Program-made: the position numbers and the translations under genes
The notes under the pieces: generated by a model
The model's database searches: none
Seen by the model: the letters and a program-made list of their open reading frames with translations, nothing else
Told to the model about the DNA's origin: nothing
In this document: piece by piece, positions 41,548 through 51,308 of the stretch
How positions within the stretch are numbered: position 1 is the first letter of the stretch
Layout of the letters: every line of letters starts with the position of its first letter
Assembly (NCBI GenBank): GCA_046759445.1
Contig: JBHICG010000006.1
Location: forward strand, 36,945-100,944
DNA: 64,000 nt
Direction: 5' to 3'
Origin: Candidatus Scalinduaceae bacterium
GTDB lineage: Bacteria > Planctomycetota > Brocadiia > Brocadiales > Scalinduaceae

Positions 41548-41916
41548 GTGAATCAACGTTTTACCTGGAAAGAACGCTTGCGGAAAAAGAAGGAATTTCA
41601 AAAGGTCTTTGATGAGGGGAAGATTTTTATCAACGATCAGATAAAAGTGTATGCATCGTTGAATCACAGCTCAATCTCTCGGCTGGGTTTTGTTGTGGGA
41701 AAGAAATTTGGCAACGCACCTAAACGCAATCGCTTTAAAAGGATTTTTCGGGAGGCATATAGACTAAACAAAAATTTATTAGAAAAGGGCGTTGACCTAA
41801 TAATAATTCCAAGATCAGGGTTAACAGATCTTTCACTAAAAGTAATCGAGGACGAGTTTAAGAAGCTCCTATCACAAATTAATGAGCAATTAAGTAATGA
41901 AACACATACTGATTAA
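41548..41916 (+). CDS. rnpA: Ribonuclease P protein component
   Basis: RL....EF..VF..G, RLGFVVGKKFGNAPKRNRFKRIFRE (RNR motif). Confidence 0.92.
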   Translation: MNQRFTWKERLRKKKEFQKVFDEGKIFINDQIKVYASLNHSSISRLGFVVGKKFGNAPKRNRFKRIFREAYRLNKNLLEKGVDLIIIPRSGLTDLSLKVIEDEFKKLLSQINEQLSNETHTD

Positions 41917-42106
41917 GTTTATACAGACATATCAAATAATATTAACTCCTCTTCTACACCCATCATGCCGCTTTTACCCGACATGTTCACAGTACGTAAT
42001 TGATGCAATTGAAAAAAAGGGTATCTTTATGGGAATATTTAAGGGTATATGGAGAATCCTGAGATGTAATCCTTATGGTGGGTCTGGATACGACCCTGTT
42101 AAATAA
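41897..42106 (+). CDS. yidD: Membrane protein insertion efficiency factor
   Basis: CRFYPTCSQY, RILRCNP..GGYDPV-type motif. Confidence 0.93.
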   Translation: MKHILIKFIQTYQIILTPLLHPSCRFYPTCSQYVIDAIEKKGIFMGIFKGIWRILRCNPYGGSGYDPVK

Positions 42107-42159
42107 AATGCCTGTTACCACCTATGAGGGGGGGAATGGTTAGTTGAATTTAGAATAAA

Positions 42160-43167
42160 ATGATTAACGTAAATAAGAGAATTATCGAATGTGTGCCGAA
42201 TTTCAGTGAAGGACGAAATCTTGATATTATAGGTAAGATCGCATCATCAATTAAATCAATCAAAAATCTCAAACTCCTGAATGTAGAACCTGACAAAGAT
42301 TATAACAGAACCGTGATAACCTTTGCCGGTGAGCCATCCTGTGTGAAAGAAGCAGCCTTTAATGCAATAGCTACAGCCTCAGAATTAATAGACATGTCAA
42401 GGCATAAGGGAGAACACCCAAGGTTAGGAACAACTGACGTCTGTCCCTTGGTGCCTGTTTCTAATGTAACTATGGATGAGTGTGTACAAATAGCAAATGA
42501 ACTTGGAAGAGACGTCGGAGAAAAACTCGGCATCCCAGTATATTTATATGAAAATGCTGCAAAAACAGTAGAACGTAAAAACCTTGCAAATATCAGGAAA
42601 GGAGAATATGAAGGACTGAGAGAAAAGCTGAGAGATTGGAAACCAGATTATGGACCTGTAGAGTATGATGATAGGGTTAAAAAAACTGGTGCCACAATGA
42701 TTGGAGCAAGATTCTTCCTGATAGCCTATAATGTGAATCTCAACACCAACGATATTCGTATAGCTAACGAGATAGCAAAGAAGGTGAGGGAATCAGGTTC
42801 ATTGAAAAGAGATGAGACAGGACAAAAGATTAGGGTTCCAGGAATGCTTAAGTACGTAAAGGCTATGGGAGTAGGGTTAAGGGAATACAATATAGCACAG
42901 GTTTCCATGAACCTTACTAACTATAAAAAAACACCTATACATACAGCGTTCGAAATCGTAAAGACTCAAGCCAAGGAATATGGTACAGAGGTAACCGGAA
43001 GTGAAATCGTTGGACTTGTTCCAAAGGATGCACTAGTTGAAACTGGCACTTTTTATATAGGAAAAAAATCTGAAGAAGAATTAATAAAGGCAGCGCTAGA
43101 AAATCTAGGATTAAGTCAATTAAACAAATTTGAACCTGAGAAGAAGATAATAGAAAATCTATTATAA
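42160..43167 (+). CDS. ftcD: Glutamate formimidoyltransferase (FT domain only)
   Basis: IIECVPNFSEGR, YNRTV, HKGEHPRLG..DVCP, IAYNVNL, QVSMNL. Confidence 0.92.
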   Translation: MINVNKRIIECVPNFSEGRNLDIIGKIASSIKSIKNLKLLNVEPDKDYNRTVITFAGEPSCVKEAAFNAIATASELIDMSRHKGEHPRLGTTDVCPLVPVSNVTMDECVQIANELGRDVGEKLGIPVYLYENAAKTVERKNLANIRKGEYEGLREKLRDWKPDYGPVEYDDRVKKTGATMIGARFFLIAYNVNLNTNDIRIANEIAKKVRESGSLKRDETGQKIRVPGMLKYVKAMGVGLREYNIAQVSMNLTNYKKTPIHTAFEIVKTQAKEYGTEVTGSEIVGLVPKDALVETGTFYIGKKSEEELIKAALENLGLSQLNKFEPEKKIIENLL

Positions 43168-43299
43168 ATAACTCCTTTGGCCGCAGTTGAACGCAGATTA
43201 GAGGGATTTAAAAATATTAGACAGGATTAACAAGAAGAACTGGATTTTTTAAATATTTTATTTATCCTGTTATCCTGTCAAATATTTTTGGGATATATT

Positions 43300-43470
43300 A
43301 TGGCTAATTGTTGGAAATGTGGACGTTATTTAGGTGTAAAGGATGAGTGGAAAAAAATGACTACCACAAAGGGAGACATATGCTATGTGTGTTACAACGA
43401 GGTAAAAGAATCAGTAGAAGAGCAAATTCAAAAAGAAATGGATAAAATAAAGAAAAAGAAAATGGAATAG
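43300..43470 (+). CDS. Small CxxC...CxxC zinc-finger protein
   Basis: MANCWKCG...ICYVC followed by a charged helix. Confidence 0.55.
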   Translation: MANCWKCGRYLGVKDEWKKMTTTKGDICYVCYNEVKESVEEQIQKEMDKIKKKKME

Positions 43471-43630
43471 TAAATATTCAACATCCTAGAGTAATGATAT
43501 ATTTGAATCAATAATAAATTTAATAATAAGTAATTATATTACTATATCTTAAAGGAATTTTATTGCTTGAAATTCTTATATAATATTTTTAGTATTAATA
43601 TCCCTTTTTGTTTAACATTATGAATAGAAA

Positions 43631-44740
43631 TTGAAAATTTCAGGTAATAATGTGGAAGTTGGTGCATATGTATATCCGGGATGGCATTCCAGTCCCGAAC
43701 GAGACCGCCATTTCCCCCCGGGTTGGAGTGAATGGGACCTTGTCTTGAGTGCACCTTCCCGTTTTCCCAACCACAATCAACCGCGGCTGCCCGTTGATGG
43801 GCCCTACGATGATTCAGTTCCCTCTGCCTCACAGAAACAGGTTGGGCTTGCCAGTGAGTACGGTGTGGATTTCTTCGTGTACGGTTTTTTCTGGTCAAGG
43901 GGAAAGCGCGTATTTGAGGCTGCCCTGGATAGAGGTTTTCTGGGCTGTAACGGTGGAGAAAATTTCCCCTTTGCCTTAATGTGGGCAAACCGTATGCCCC
44001 GTGGAGTCATTCCCGTAAAACACAAACCCGGTCCTAACATTGATCCCGGCAGGCTCGTGTACACCGATCCGGATGATTTTTTGGAATTGATAAAATATCT
44101 TGAGGAAAGGTATTTTTCAAGATCAAACTACCTTCGCATAGGCGATATGCCCCTGCTTTCTATCTTTGACAGTACCTTTTTCTTCCGGCAGTTGGGAGTA
44201 GGACTGGCGTCCCTGGCAATCCACAAGGTTAAAGACTACCTTATTAAAAAGGGATATCCCGGTCTGCATCTGATGGCCCTTAATCCGGCGCCTGCTATGA
44301 TTGCCGAGTTCAAGAGGTCTGGGTTTGACAGCATAAGCCATTACGTCTGGCTTCCTGACTGGAAGGGTAAGTACAAGCAGGACTATGGAGAACTGATCAA
44401 TAAACGAAGCAGCGAATGGGAATCTTTTGCTAGTAAGTCAGGGCTTACGTATTTTCCATCGGTATCACCCGGGTGGGACGCCACACCACGAGCTGCCGCA
44501 AACGGTTACCATAATCCTAACCGTTATCCCTGGTGGCCTGTTGTGGTGAACGAGGACCCGGCGCTCTTTTCAGATTTTCTTGGTCGGGCAATCCGATACA
44601 CAAAGAAACACAACAAACCCCAACTCTCCTTCATAGCGTCATGGAACGAGTGGAGTGAGGGACATTATCTGGAACCAGACGAACGCTTTGGCAATGCGTG
44701 GCTCAAGGCAGTTAGGAAGGAGAAGCAATATGCCATCTGA
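43631..44740 (+). CDS. Glycoside hydrolase family 99-like / WbsX-like protein
   Basis: AYVYPGWH, GWSEW, YGVDFF, FALMWAN, SPGWDATPR, ASWNEWSEGHYLEPD. Confidence 0.85.
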   Translation: MKISGNNVEVGAYVYPGWHSSPERDRHFPPGWSEWDLVLSAPSRFPNHNQPRLPVDGPYDDSVPSASQKQVGLASEYGVDFFVYGFFWSRGKRVFEAALDRGFLGCNGGENFPFALMWANRMPRGVIPVKHKPGPNIDPGRLVYTDPDDFLELIKYLEERYFSRSNYLRIGDMPLLSIFDSTFFFRQLGVGLASLAIHKVKDYLIKKGYPGLHLMALNPAPAMIAEFKRSGFDSISHYVWLPDWKGKYKQDYGELINKRSSEWESFASKSGLTYFPSVSPGWDATPRAAANGYHNPNRYPWWPVVVNEDPALFSDFLGRAIRYTKKHNKPQLSFIASWNEWSEGHYLEPDERFGNAWLKAVRKEKQYAI

Positions 44741-45674
44741 CTGGACGTTTGTATCTGTGGACATGGAACTTACCAACCGATGTAGTAGTGATTGTCTCAT
44801 GTGTCCGCGCTATGCCATAAACCGTCAGAAAGGCATAATGTCAGAAGATGTATTCAAAGTGATTATGGAGAAACTAGTCGATGAGGGAAGCCTTGTTACG
44901 TTTTCTGGTATGGGTGATCCATTATCACATCCTAAGGTGTTCGAATGGATTTATGACATTCGTCATAAGGGTGGCGACGCAGGAATCGTCGTAAATCCTG
45001 CATCATTAAATGATAATATTTCACGTAAACTTGTAGAGGCCAAGCCAAATTCCATTACACTTTCCTTTCCAAGTGTGAGAAAAGAAGTATTTGAGAGGTT
45101 ATGTCCAAAGACATCTTTTGACGATGCCTTGGAAAGAGCCCAAAAACTTAACAGTCTTACCATTGGAAATGTTGGTCTGAGAGTGGTGGGCTTAATTACG
45201 GAGATCAACGAGGACGAACCAGGTGAATATCTCAATTTCTGGAAAAACCTTGGTGTTCCTTCCAGTATGATCATGTGTCATGGTAGGGGTGGAAACCTGA
45301 AGATACCAGGCATATACGATCGGAAATCAGTTGGACTTAAATCTGGAAGGTGTGGGCTCTTCCAGTTTCACACATTCATTACCTGGGAAGGTGAGGTGCT
45401 TGCATGCTGTCATGACCTGACCGGGGATACACTAATCGGGAGTTTAGCAGATGATGATATTTCTGTTGTTGCCGAAAGGAAACAGGAAATTGCGGAAGGT
45501 TTTATGCCTTTTACGGTCTGCCAACAATGTGATGAGCCACTTAGACAGTACTCCCTTACTCAAGGTTTACCACCGGAAGGTCGGAAAGAACGAAACCGTT
45601 TTTTCCGTTCAATCAGCCTGAAAAAAAGTTCTTTATCAGATGCTCATGAAACTACTCAACCACGAGTTGTGTAA
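44730..45674 (+). CDS. Radical SAM protein with SPASM/twitch domain
   Basis: ELTNRCSSDCLMCPR (CxxxCxxC), GMGDPL, C...ITWEGEVLACCHD...CQQC; start ATG 44730 after AGGAG. Confidence 0.88.
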   Translation: MPSDWTFVSVDMELTNRCSSDCLMCPRYAINRQKGIMSEDVFKVIMEKLVDEGSLVTFSGMGDPLSHPKVFEWIYDIRHKGGDAGIVVNPASLNDNISRKLVEAKPNSITLSFPSVRKEVFERLCPKTSFDDALERAQKLNSLTIGNVGLRVVGLITEINEDEPGEYLNFWKNLGVPSSMIMCHGRGGNLKIPGIYDRKSVGLKSGRCGLFQFHTFITWEGEVLACCHDLTGDTLIGSLADDDISVVAERKQEIAEGFMPFTVCQQCDEPLRQYSLTQGLPPEGRKERNRFFRSISLKKSSLSDAHETTQPRVV

Positions 45675-45696
45675 ACTATTATTTGATTTAAACTTC

Positions 45697-45762
45697 TAGA
45701 TTCCCACTTTAGTGGGAATGACGAAAATATACATTGTCATTTCCGACCTGATCGGAAATCTA
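45697..45762. repeat. Paired REP/dRS3-like palindromes
   Basis: ATTCCCACTTTAGTGGGAATGAC ... GTCATTTCCGACCTGATCGGAAATC. Confidence 0.65.
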
Positions 45763-45802
45763 TTCTCGTAATAAATACCTGAAATATTACTGGGAACGGA
45801 AT

Positions 45803-46081
45803 ATGATGGATCAATCAAAGGTTAAAGAGGATTGGGAAAGGAGAGGGTTTAGTTGTGATATCTGGACTGATCAACCCGGTCAGATCTGGGAGAATTATGT
45901 CCATGATGTTGATGAGTTAGTAATGCTTTTAGAAGGAGAAATAGAAATTACTTTTCAGGGTAGAACCTTTCGTCCCAAAGTTGGAGAAGAAATCCTGATT
46001 CCTGCCGGTGAAAGTCATACTGTGCGTAACATCGGATCTGAACTTAATCGTTGGTTTTATGGATATAAGGAAGAAGCGTAA
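45803..46081 (+). CDS. Small cupin domain protein
   Basis: PGQ.W...VH.VDELVMLLEGE...IPAG..HTVRN. Confidence 0.85.
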   Translation: MMDQSKVKEDWERRGFSCDIWTDQPGQIWENYVHDVDELVMLLEGEIEITFQGRTFRPKVGEEILIPAGESHTVRNIGSELNRWFYGYKEEA

Positions 46082-46139
46082 TAAATTAACTATTATTAGA
46101 TCAATAGGAATTAATGCTAACGACTTATCTTGAGACCAC

Positions 46140-46240
46140 TAATTAGTTTCTGTTTCAGAATCTATATACGTCAATGATTAAGAGACCCTGAATCAAGTTC
46201 AGGGTGACAATATAGTGTTTCTAGCAACAGAAACTAATTA
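46140..46240. mobile_element. MITE-like element (family A), inverted and internally deleted relative to 21693-21894
   Basis: 15-bp IR TAATTAGTTTCTGTT and AACAGAAACTAATTA; interior matches the reverse complement of 21693-21791. Confidence 0.72.
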
Positions 46241-46272
46241 TAAACCATTATAGTCTAAGCAGTCTTTGAATA

Positions 46273-46788
46273 TTAATTTTGGGTATTTTCTTCCTTTATA
46301 AAGGTTCCATATGGACCACGAGTTTCACCATCATTCTCTTTCTCAATAGTTCCTTTATCAGGAGTTTCTATCTTGATTGTTCCGTTTATGGACTTAAAAG
46401 GGGATTGTGATATTTCTATTCTGAATGAGTTGCCAAGGTGTTTGGACTTTTTAAAATGCTCTTGAGTATAATCGTAAACCAGACTGAGAGGGCTCTTATC
46501 TTTTTTTGCCACAAGGGCTTTCTTCTTCTGGTCATAAAGGGTCATGGTTAGTTTTTTATCAACGGGTGTCCAGGAAGCATCAATTTTGATGGTACCGGGA
46601 TGTTTTGCCATAAATATAATTTCTCTTGATCGCATATCTGAAGCATCTTTGAAACCACTGGATAGTTGGAAATTATGTACCTCTTTTGCTGCCATGATAT
46701 ATTTCTGGTCAAGGATTATGAAGGCAAGTATGATTGAAACATTAAGAAGAAAAGTGAAAGATAATTTCTTACGAAATAGATAGCTCAT
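46273..46788 (-). CDS. Exported hypothetical protein
   Basis: SD GGAGG before ATG 46788; basic N-terminus plus hydrophobic helix. Confidence 0.65.
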   Translation of the reverse strand: MSYLFRKKLSFTFLLNVSIILAFIILDQKYIMAAKEVHNFQLSSGFKDASDMRSREIIFMAKHPGTIKIDASWTPVDKKLTMTLYDQKKKALVAKKDKSPLSLVYDYTQEHFKKSKHLGNSFRIEISQSPFKSINGTIKIETPDKGTIEKENDGETRGPYGTFIKEENTQN

Positions 46789-46984
46789 TTGAACTCCTCC
46801 TAAAGTAGAATATGATACCGTAAACAAAATATTTATATATCAAGTGTAATCCTCCAAAATCTCTCACTCTTTCGAAATGATGAGGAAAGAAGAGATAATA
46901 AAATTCAATAGAATATCACTTGATGTTGAATATTTGCTGAAAAACTTGAAGAGGAAACATTTTGTATCATATTAACATTTTCCG

Positions 46985-47013
46985 TTGACATTACAAATTT
47001 AATTTTCTATTCT
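46985..47013 (+). promoter_or_regulatory. sigma70-like promoter upstream of lsrF
   Basis: TTGACA-17nt-TATTCT. Confidence 0.55.
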
Positions 47014-47228
47014 ATTCCTCAATTATATATGAGGTAGTTGCTGTTAGAAATTCAATGAAATCTTAATTAATATCTGTTGAGGAAAGCTTAAATGCCAGAA
47101 ATGTCATCTCTGAACGAAGCGAAGAGTCTCGTAAGTTATTATTGTAATTAGATTTTTCGTTACACTCAGAATAACAATTTTGAGCATTTTGCAGAAGTCA
47201 TAACAATTAAACAGAGGAGGTGTAAGAA

Positions 47229-48041
47229 ATGGATTGGGGAATGAAAAACCGACTGGCACAACTGATGGGATCTGACGGTCATTGTATGTTCATGCCAATA
47301 GACCATGGATATTTCCTGGGACCTACAAGCAAATTAGAAAGACCGGGCGAGACGATTAAGCCGATTATTGAATATTGTGACGCACTTTTTGTTACAAGGG
47401 GAGTTTTGCGTGCTGCCATTAATCCGAATGATAGTAAACCCGTCATCCTTAGGGTATCTGGTGGTACAAGCGTGGTTGGAGGAGACCTTGCGAATGAAGG
47501 GCTCACTACATCCATAAAAGATGCCCTCAGGCTCAATGTTGCAGCGGTGGGCCTGTCAGTCTTTATAGGTAGTGAATATGAACGCCAAACACTCTTGAAT
47601 CTAGGAAAGCTTGTGGATGAGTGTGAAGATTATGGCATCCCCGTTATGGCTGTTACGGCTGTTGGTAAGGAACTGGAGAAGCGAGACGCCAGGTATCTCT
47701 CCCTATGCTGTCGAATTGCTGCTGAACTGGGAGCCAAGGTAGTGAAAACATATTGGTGTGAGGATTTTGATAAAGTCACGAATGGCTGTCCTGTCCCAAT
47801 AGTTATAGCAGGTGGCCCTAAGTTTGATACAGAACTTCCTGTGTTTGAATTTGTCTATGATGGTATGCAAAAGGGAGCCATAGGCGTAAACCTGGGGAGA
47901 AATATCTGGCAACATGAACATCCTGTTGCCATGGCAAAGGCGCTGCATGCCATTATACACGAAAATGCCAATGCAAATGAGGCCAATGAGATATTTAATG
48001 AAGTAAAAAGTGGCAAAGAGGCTGTTTCGTCTGGGGTTTGA
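47229..48041 (+). CDS. lsrF: LsrF-type thiolase/class I aldolase
   Basis: MDWGMKNRL, DHGYFLGPT, RIAAELGA..VKTY, IAGGPK, GRNIWQ. Confidence 0.9.
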   Translation: MDWGMKNRLAQLMGSDGHCMFMPIDHGYFLGPTSKLERPGETIKPIIEYCDALFVTRGVLRAAINPNDSKPVILRVSGGTSVVGGDLANEGLTTSIKDALRLNVAAVGLSVFIGSEYERQTLLNLGKLVDECEDYGIPVMAVTAVGKELEKRDARYLSLCCRIAAELGAKVVKTYWCEDFDKVTNGCPVPIVIAGGPKFDTELPVFEFVYDGMQKGAIGVNLGRNIWQHEHPVAMAKALHAIIHENANANEANEIFNEVKSGKEAVSSGV

Positions 48042-48202
48042 AACAGTCTGCAAAGATAGTATTTACAAAATCTAGTGTTTAAATGCTTTAAACTTGGTCA
48101 CTAAGTTAATTCTAAAATTGCACGCTCGCTTCACACTTTAGACACTTTTTAATAGTGTCTGCTGTTGCTTTTTTTACCTGTATGTATGTTGTCAAGACCT
48201 GA

Positions 48203-48325
48203 TACTATCCTGACGAGTTTAAACAGCTAAAGTATGAGGGTAGAATGATGGGCTTTAAACGTGTAGAATCAGGTCAGCTAGTCCTAAGTTCCTACCATGC
48301 TGCAGTGCAATTCAATTTCATATGA
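48203..48325 (+). pseudogene. lipA: C-terminal remnant of lipoyl synthase
   Basis: [34 protein letters not shown] resembles the LipA C-terminal GF..V.SGPLVRSSYHA; no upstream body. Confidence 0.7.
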
Positions 48326-49672
48326 TGAAATTATAAGACAATAAGTTGAAGACTAAAATTAAAAAGGCAACCCTGATGATTTTTCCTGTCTAATGTGTCA
48401 AATAAATAGGTATGGTGTTTCCAGCTTTTTCTGTCCCCAGATTTTTCAAATTATTCGTTTTATATAACATTTTTTAAAGTAGACAAGCCTTCGTCTTTAA
48501 TCCATTCAAAAACGTTATCAAACTGATCTTTATAATCTTCAATTACAGTTTTAAGACTTTTACTTTATACCTGTAAATTTAATGCAATTAACAGTACTGC
48601 ACCTACAATGGAAAATGGAAAAGGTAAGATAGCTATAGTAGCTAGTGAAGCTCCAGTCCCTCCACCTTCTATAGTGGCTTCTTTCAATATTCCCGTTATA
48701 GACTCACCTTCATGAATTGTGTCAAAGAAAGCTTTACCCAGCATTGACGCAAATAACGAACTTAATATTTCAAATTGAGTACTACCAACAGTTAAAACAC
48801 CTATCCTTCCAGCTACTTTTGCAAAGTCTATTAGTCTGCATTTCATTAAAATTATAGATACTAATTATGTGCACTAATATAGAAAATATACAAAGAGGTA
48901 TTAATGTTACTTCTGCTATACCCAAATGGAAATATTAATATATGTTTCCAGAAAAAAAGTCGGAGTTGTTTCCTAACTCACTGATAGTTAAGCCGTTGGT
49001 TTTGCCAGTGAGAAGATCAAAGGTTATACTGCAACCCTTTTGCCAAGAAATCCTCTACCATGTGAAATATTCTATTATTTTACGGTGAGGTTTGTGTCCA
49101 GTAGATATCCATGGACTTTAAGTTCTTAGTACTCTGTCGGCTCGCGACCGTATGGAATTGCACAGAATTTACCCACCTGAATGATCCGCCCGTGCCAGTA
49201 CGGACTGCGCAGTAGGACAGGTAATTCTTTAATGATCAACTCATTCGAAGTTTTACGGTATGAGCTGATAGGGTAAGCTACACAGCATCCCATTAAACAA
49301 GAAGGTGTAAAAGAGGTGTAGTGTAAGGCAACTAAAGTTGCAACTTATACAAACTAAAGATATTTTTAATGCAACCTATGGTCAATTGATTTTTTGGTAT
49401 AAAAAATGATATATTCACTCTACGTAAAGGTGTCTTTATAAAAAATGGAAAGCATAAAGTGTTAGTTAACTGTATTCTAATAGGTCGAGTAAATTATTAA
49501 GGCAGGAAATAGGTATCTTAAAACAAAGCATATGTGAAATTTCAGACATTGGAAGCGTACTGAAGGCAAGTAAAAAGAATTTACTTTTTTGTTCGGTTCC
49601 AGTTGGAACGGCGAGCCCTGTGAAACTCTAGTGATTGGAAGTAAAAGGTGCTTGTAAAAGCAGAGTAAAAGG

Positions 49673-50047
49673 TTGATTAATATGAAAACTGATAAAAGCA
49701 GAAGGATTGACAGGAATGAAGAGAAAAACCCAAAAGGGGAAAGTACAATCGACATAACTAACGTACTGCCTTGCAGAGTGAATGGTATTAAAGAGTACAA
49801 TTTATCTGACGAGACTGTGCTTTACTTTATGGAGAATGAGACAGTGCACTCACTCAATTGCTCAGCAAAGGCGATATGGGAAATATGTGATGGTAGCCTT
49901 AACATTGTTGAGATCAGTCAGATACTTGGTAAACGTTTCGGTTGTTCTGGAACAGAGCTGCTTCCAGATGTGAAAACAGCCGTTACCAAACTTCAAAAAC
50001 TTTCTCTTCTGGAGTTGAAGAATGCCCCTCGTAAAAAGTCGATTTGA
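49673..50047 (+). CDS. PqqD-family / RiPP recognition element protein
   Basis: DETVLY...VHSLN.SAKAIWEICDG...EI...L...F......L..DV...V..L....LL. Confidence 0.88.
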   Translation: MINMKTDKSRRIDRNEEKNPKGESTIDITNVLPCRVNGIKEYNLSDETVLYFMENETVHSLNCSAKAIWEICDGSLNIVEISQILGKRFGCSGTELLPDVKTAVTKLQKLSLLELKNAPRKKSI

Positions 50048-50888
50048 TGATGGAGGAGAAATGGTGGTGATGGCTCAGAAAACTTTGTACGTTGCGTTTA
50101 AGGGTCATCAAGTGGCCGTTTGCTCAAACATCCCTGAGGTAATTGAATTGATCGAGCGTAGTTTTAGCAAAATGTTAGAATCTGAGTCCACGAGAATTGT
50201 AGGGCGGTTGGAAGTTTTCACTGAAGGTGAGAAGTATCACTTAGTAGGGAACATTACAGCCAGTGAAGAGTACAGATCACTGGGCGATATTTTGGATAAT
50301 ATCCATAAGGAAGTGATTTACCAACTGATTCAAGCAAACCCTGAACTTTTGTGGTTGCATGCAGGAGCTGCTGCCTATCAAGATTGTGCAGTGGTGTTTC
50401 CTGGGGCTTGGGGGCGAGGCAAGAGTACCATTGTTACAAGTCTTTGCGAAAACGGCTGGTCTTATTTGTCTGATGATATTGTTCCTATTGACCTGAATTC
50501 GGGTAAGGTTATTCCTTTTTTTAGGACTCCAACTATACGAAAGAATTCGGGACAAAAAATGTCTTTATCTAGTCTCGAAGAATTGCAAAAGTTAGAAATT
50601 GACCTCAAACAGAATAGATTGTGTCGAGAGCCTATGCCGATTAGTGGTATAATATTCCCTTTTTATAGCCATGGCTCTTCAGCCAGGTTAGTACCATATT
50701 CTCCTGCTGTTGCTACGCTGGAATTACTTGGAAGTTGTATGAATTATGAGAACCATCGAGAGGGGGCGGTGCGCCAACTTTGCAATTTGGTAAAGAACCT
50801 AGCTGTCTCGCGACTATATTATAGCATTGGTGAACAGGCAGCTGAGCTAATAGGTAGTAGTACCCACGAAAAGTGGTATTGTGTTTAA
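50022..50888 (+). CDS. HPr kinase-related P-loop kinase
   Basis: WLHAGAA...PGAWGRGKST...GWSYLSDD. Confidence 0.82.
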   Translation: MPLVKSRFDDGGEMVVMAQKTLYVAFKGHQVAVCSNIPEVIELIERSFSKMLESESTRIVGRLEVFTEGEKYHLVGNITASEEYRSLGDILDNIHKEVIYQLIQANPELLWLHAGAAAYQDCAVVFPGAWGRGKSTIVTSLCENGWSYLSDDIVPIDLNSGKVIPFFRTPTIRKNSGQKMSLSSLEELQKLEIDLKQNRLCREPMPISGIIFPFYSHGSSARLVPYSPAVATLELLGSCMNYENHREGAVRQLCNLVKNLAVSRLYYSIGEQAAELIGSSTHEKWYCV

Positions 50889-50939
50889 CTGGGGATAGGG
50901 TCCGTATGTATTTTAATAAAGCCCGAAAGGAGGATTAGT

Positions 50940-51145
50940 ATGAATAGTGACAATAGTAAAAAAATGATCAAGAAATATCGCTTACAAAACGTGCATTAAT
51001 AAAGGCAGGATGGGCAGTCCCTGTTATCTTATCGATCGGGCTGCCTGTCGGCGATGTTTTCGTACATGCCAGTGGCAACGGCCATGGTCGTCATGGCGTA
51101 GGTCGTGGCAGAGATCATGGCAGAGGTGGCGGTCTGCTTAAATAA
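50940..51145 (+). CDS. Putative precursor peptide (68 aa), split by a 1-nt frameshift in an A7 run
   Basis: SD GGAGG then ATG 50940; adding one A at 50958-50964 gives MNSDNSKKNDQEISLTKRALIKAGWAVPVILSIGLPVGDVFVHASGNGHGRHGVGRGRDHGRGGGLLK*. Confidence 0.65.
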
Positions 51146-51308
51146 CGTAGAACGAGCCACGAAGAACACTTTGTATTTCGGGTGCTGATTATCTGTTGCG
51201 GACCCTATTTCTGGCTTTCCTATCTTAATCTCATTTTGACGGCCACAGCAAAATTAACTTGGTGCGGAAAGTCATGGGACTCTCGTATTGAGAAATCCTG
51301 TTTTTTCT

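Noticed and set aside
47229..48041. AI-2 quorum-sensing (lsr) system
   Set aside because: Only lsrF is present; no lsrK/R/ACDB/G nearby, and stand-alone LsrF homologs are common
48470..48846. 93-aa ORF as an intact gene
   Set aside because: No convincing start or motif; lies in a degraded region and looks like an unidentifiable fragment
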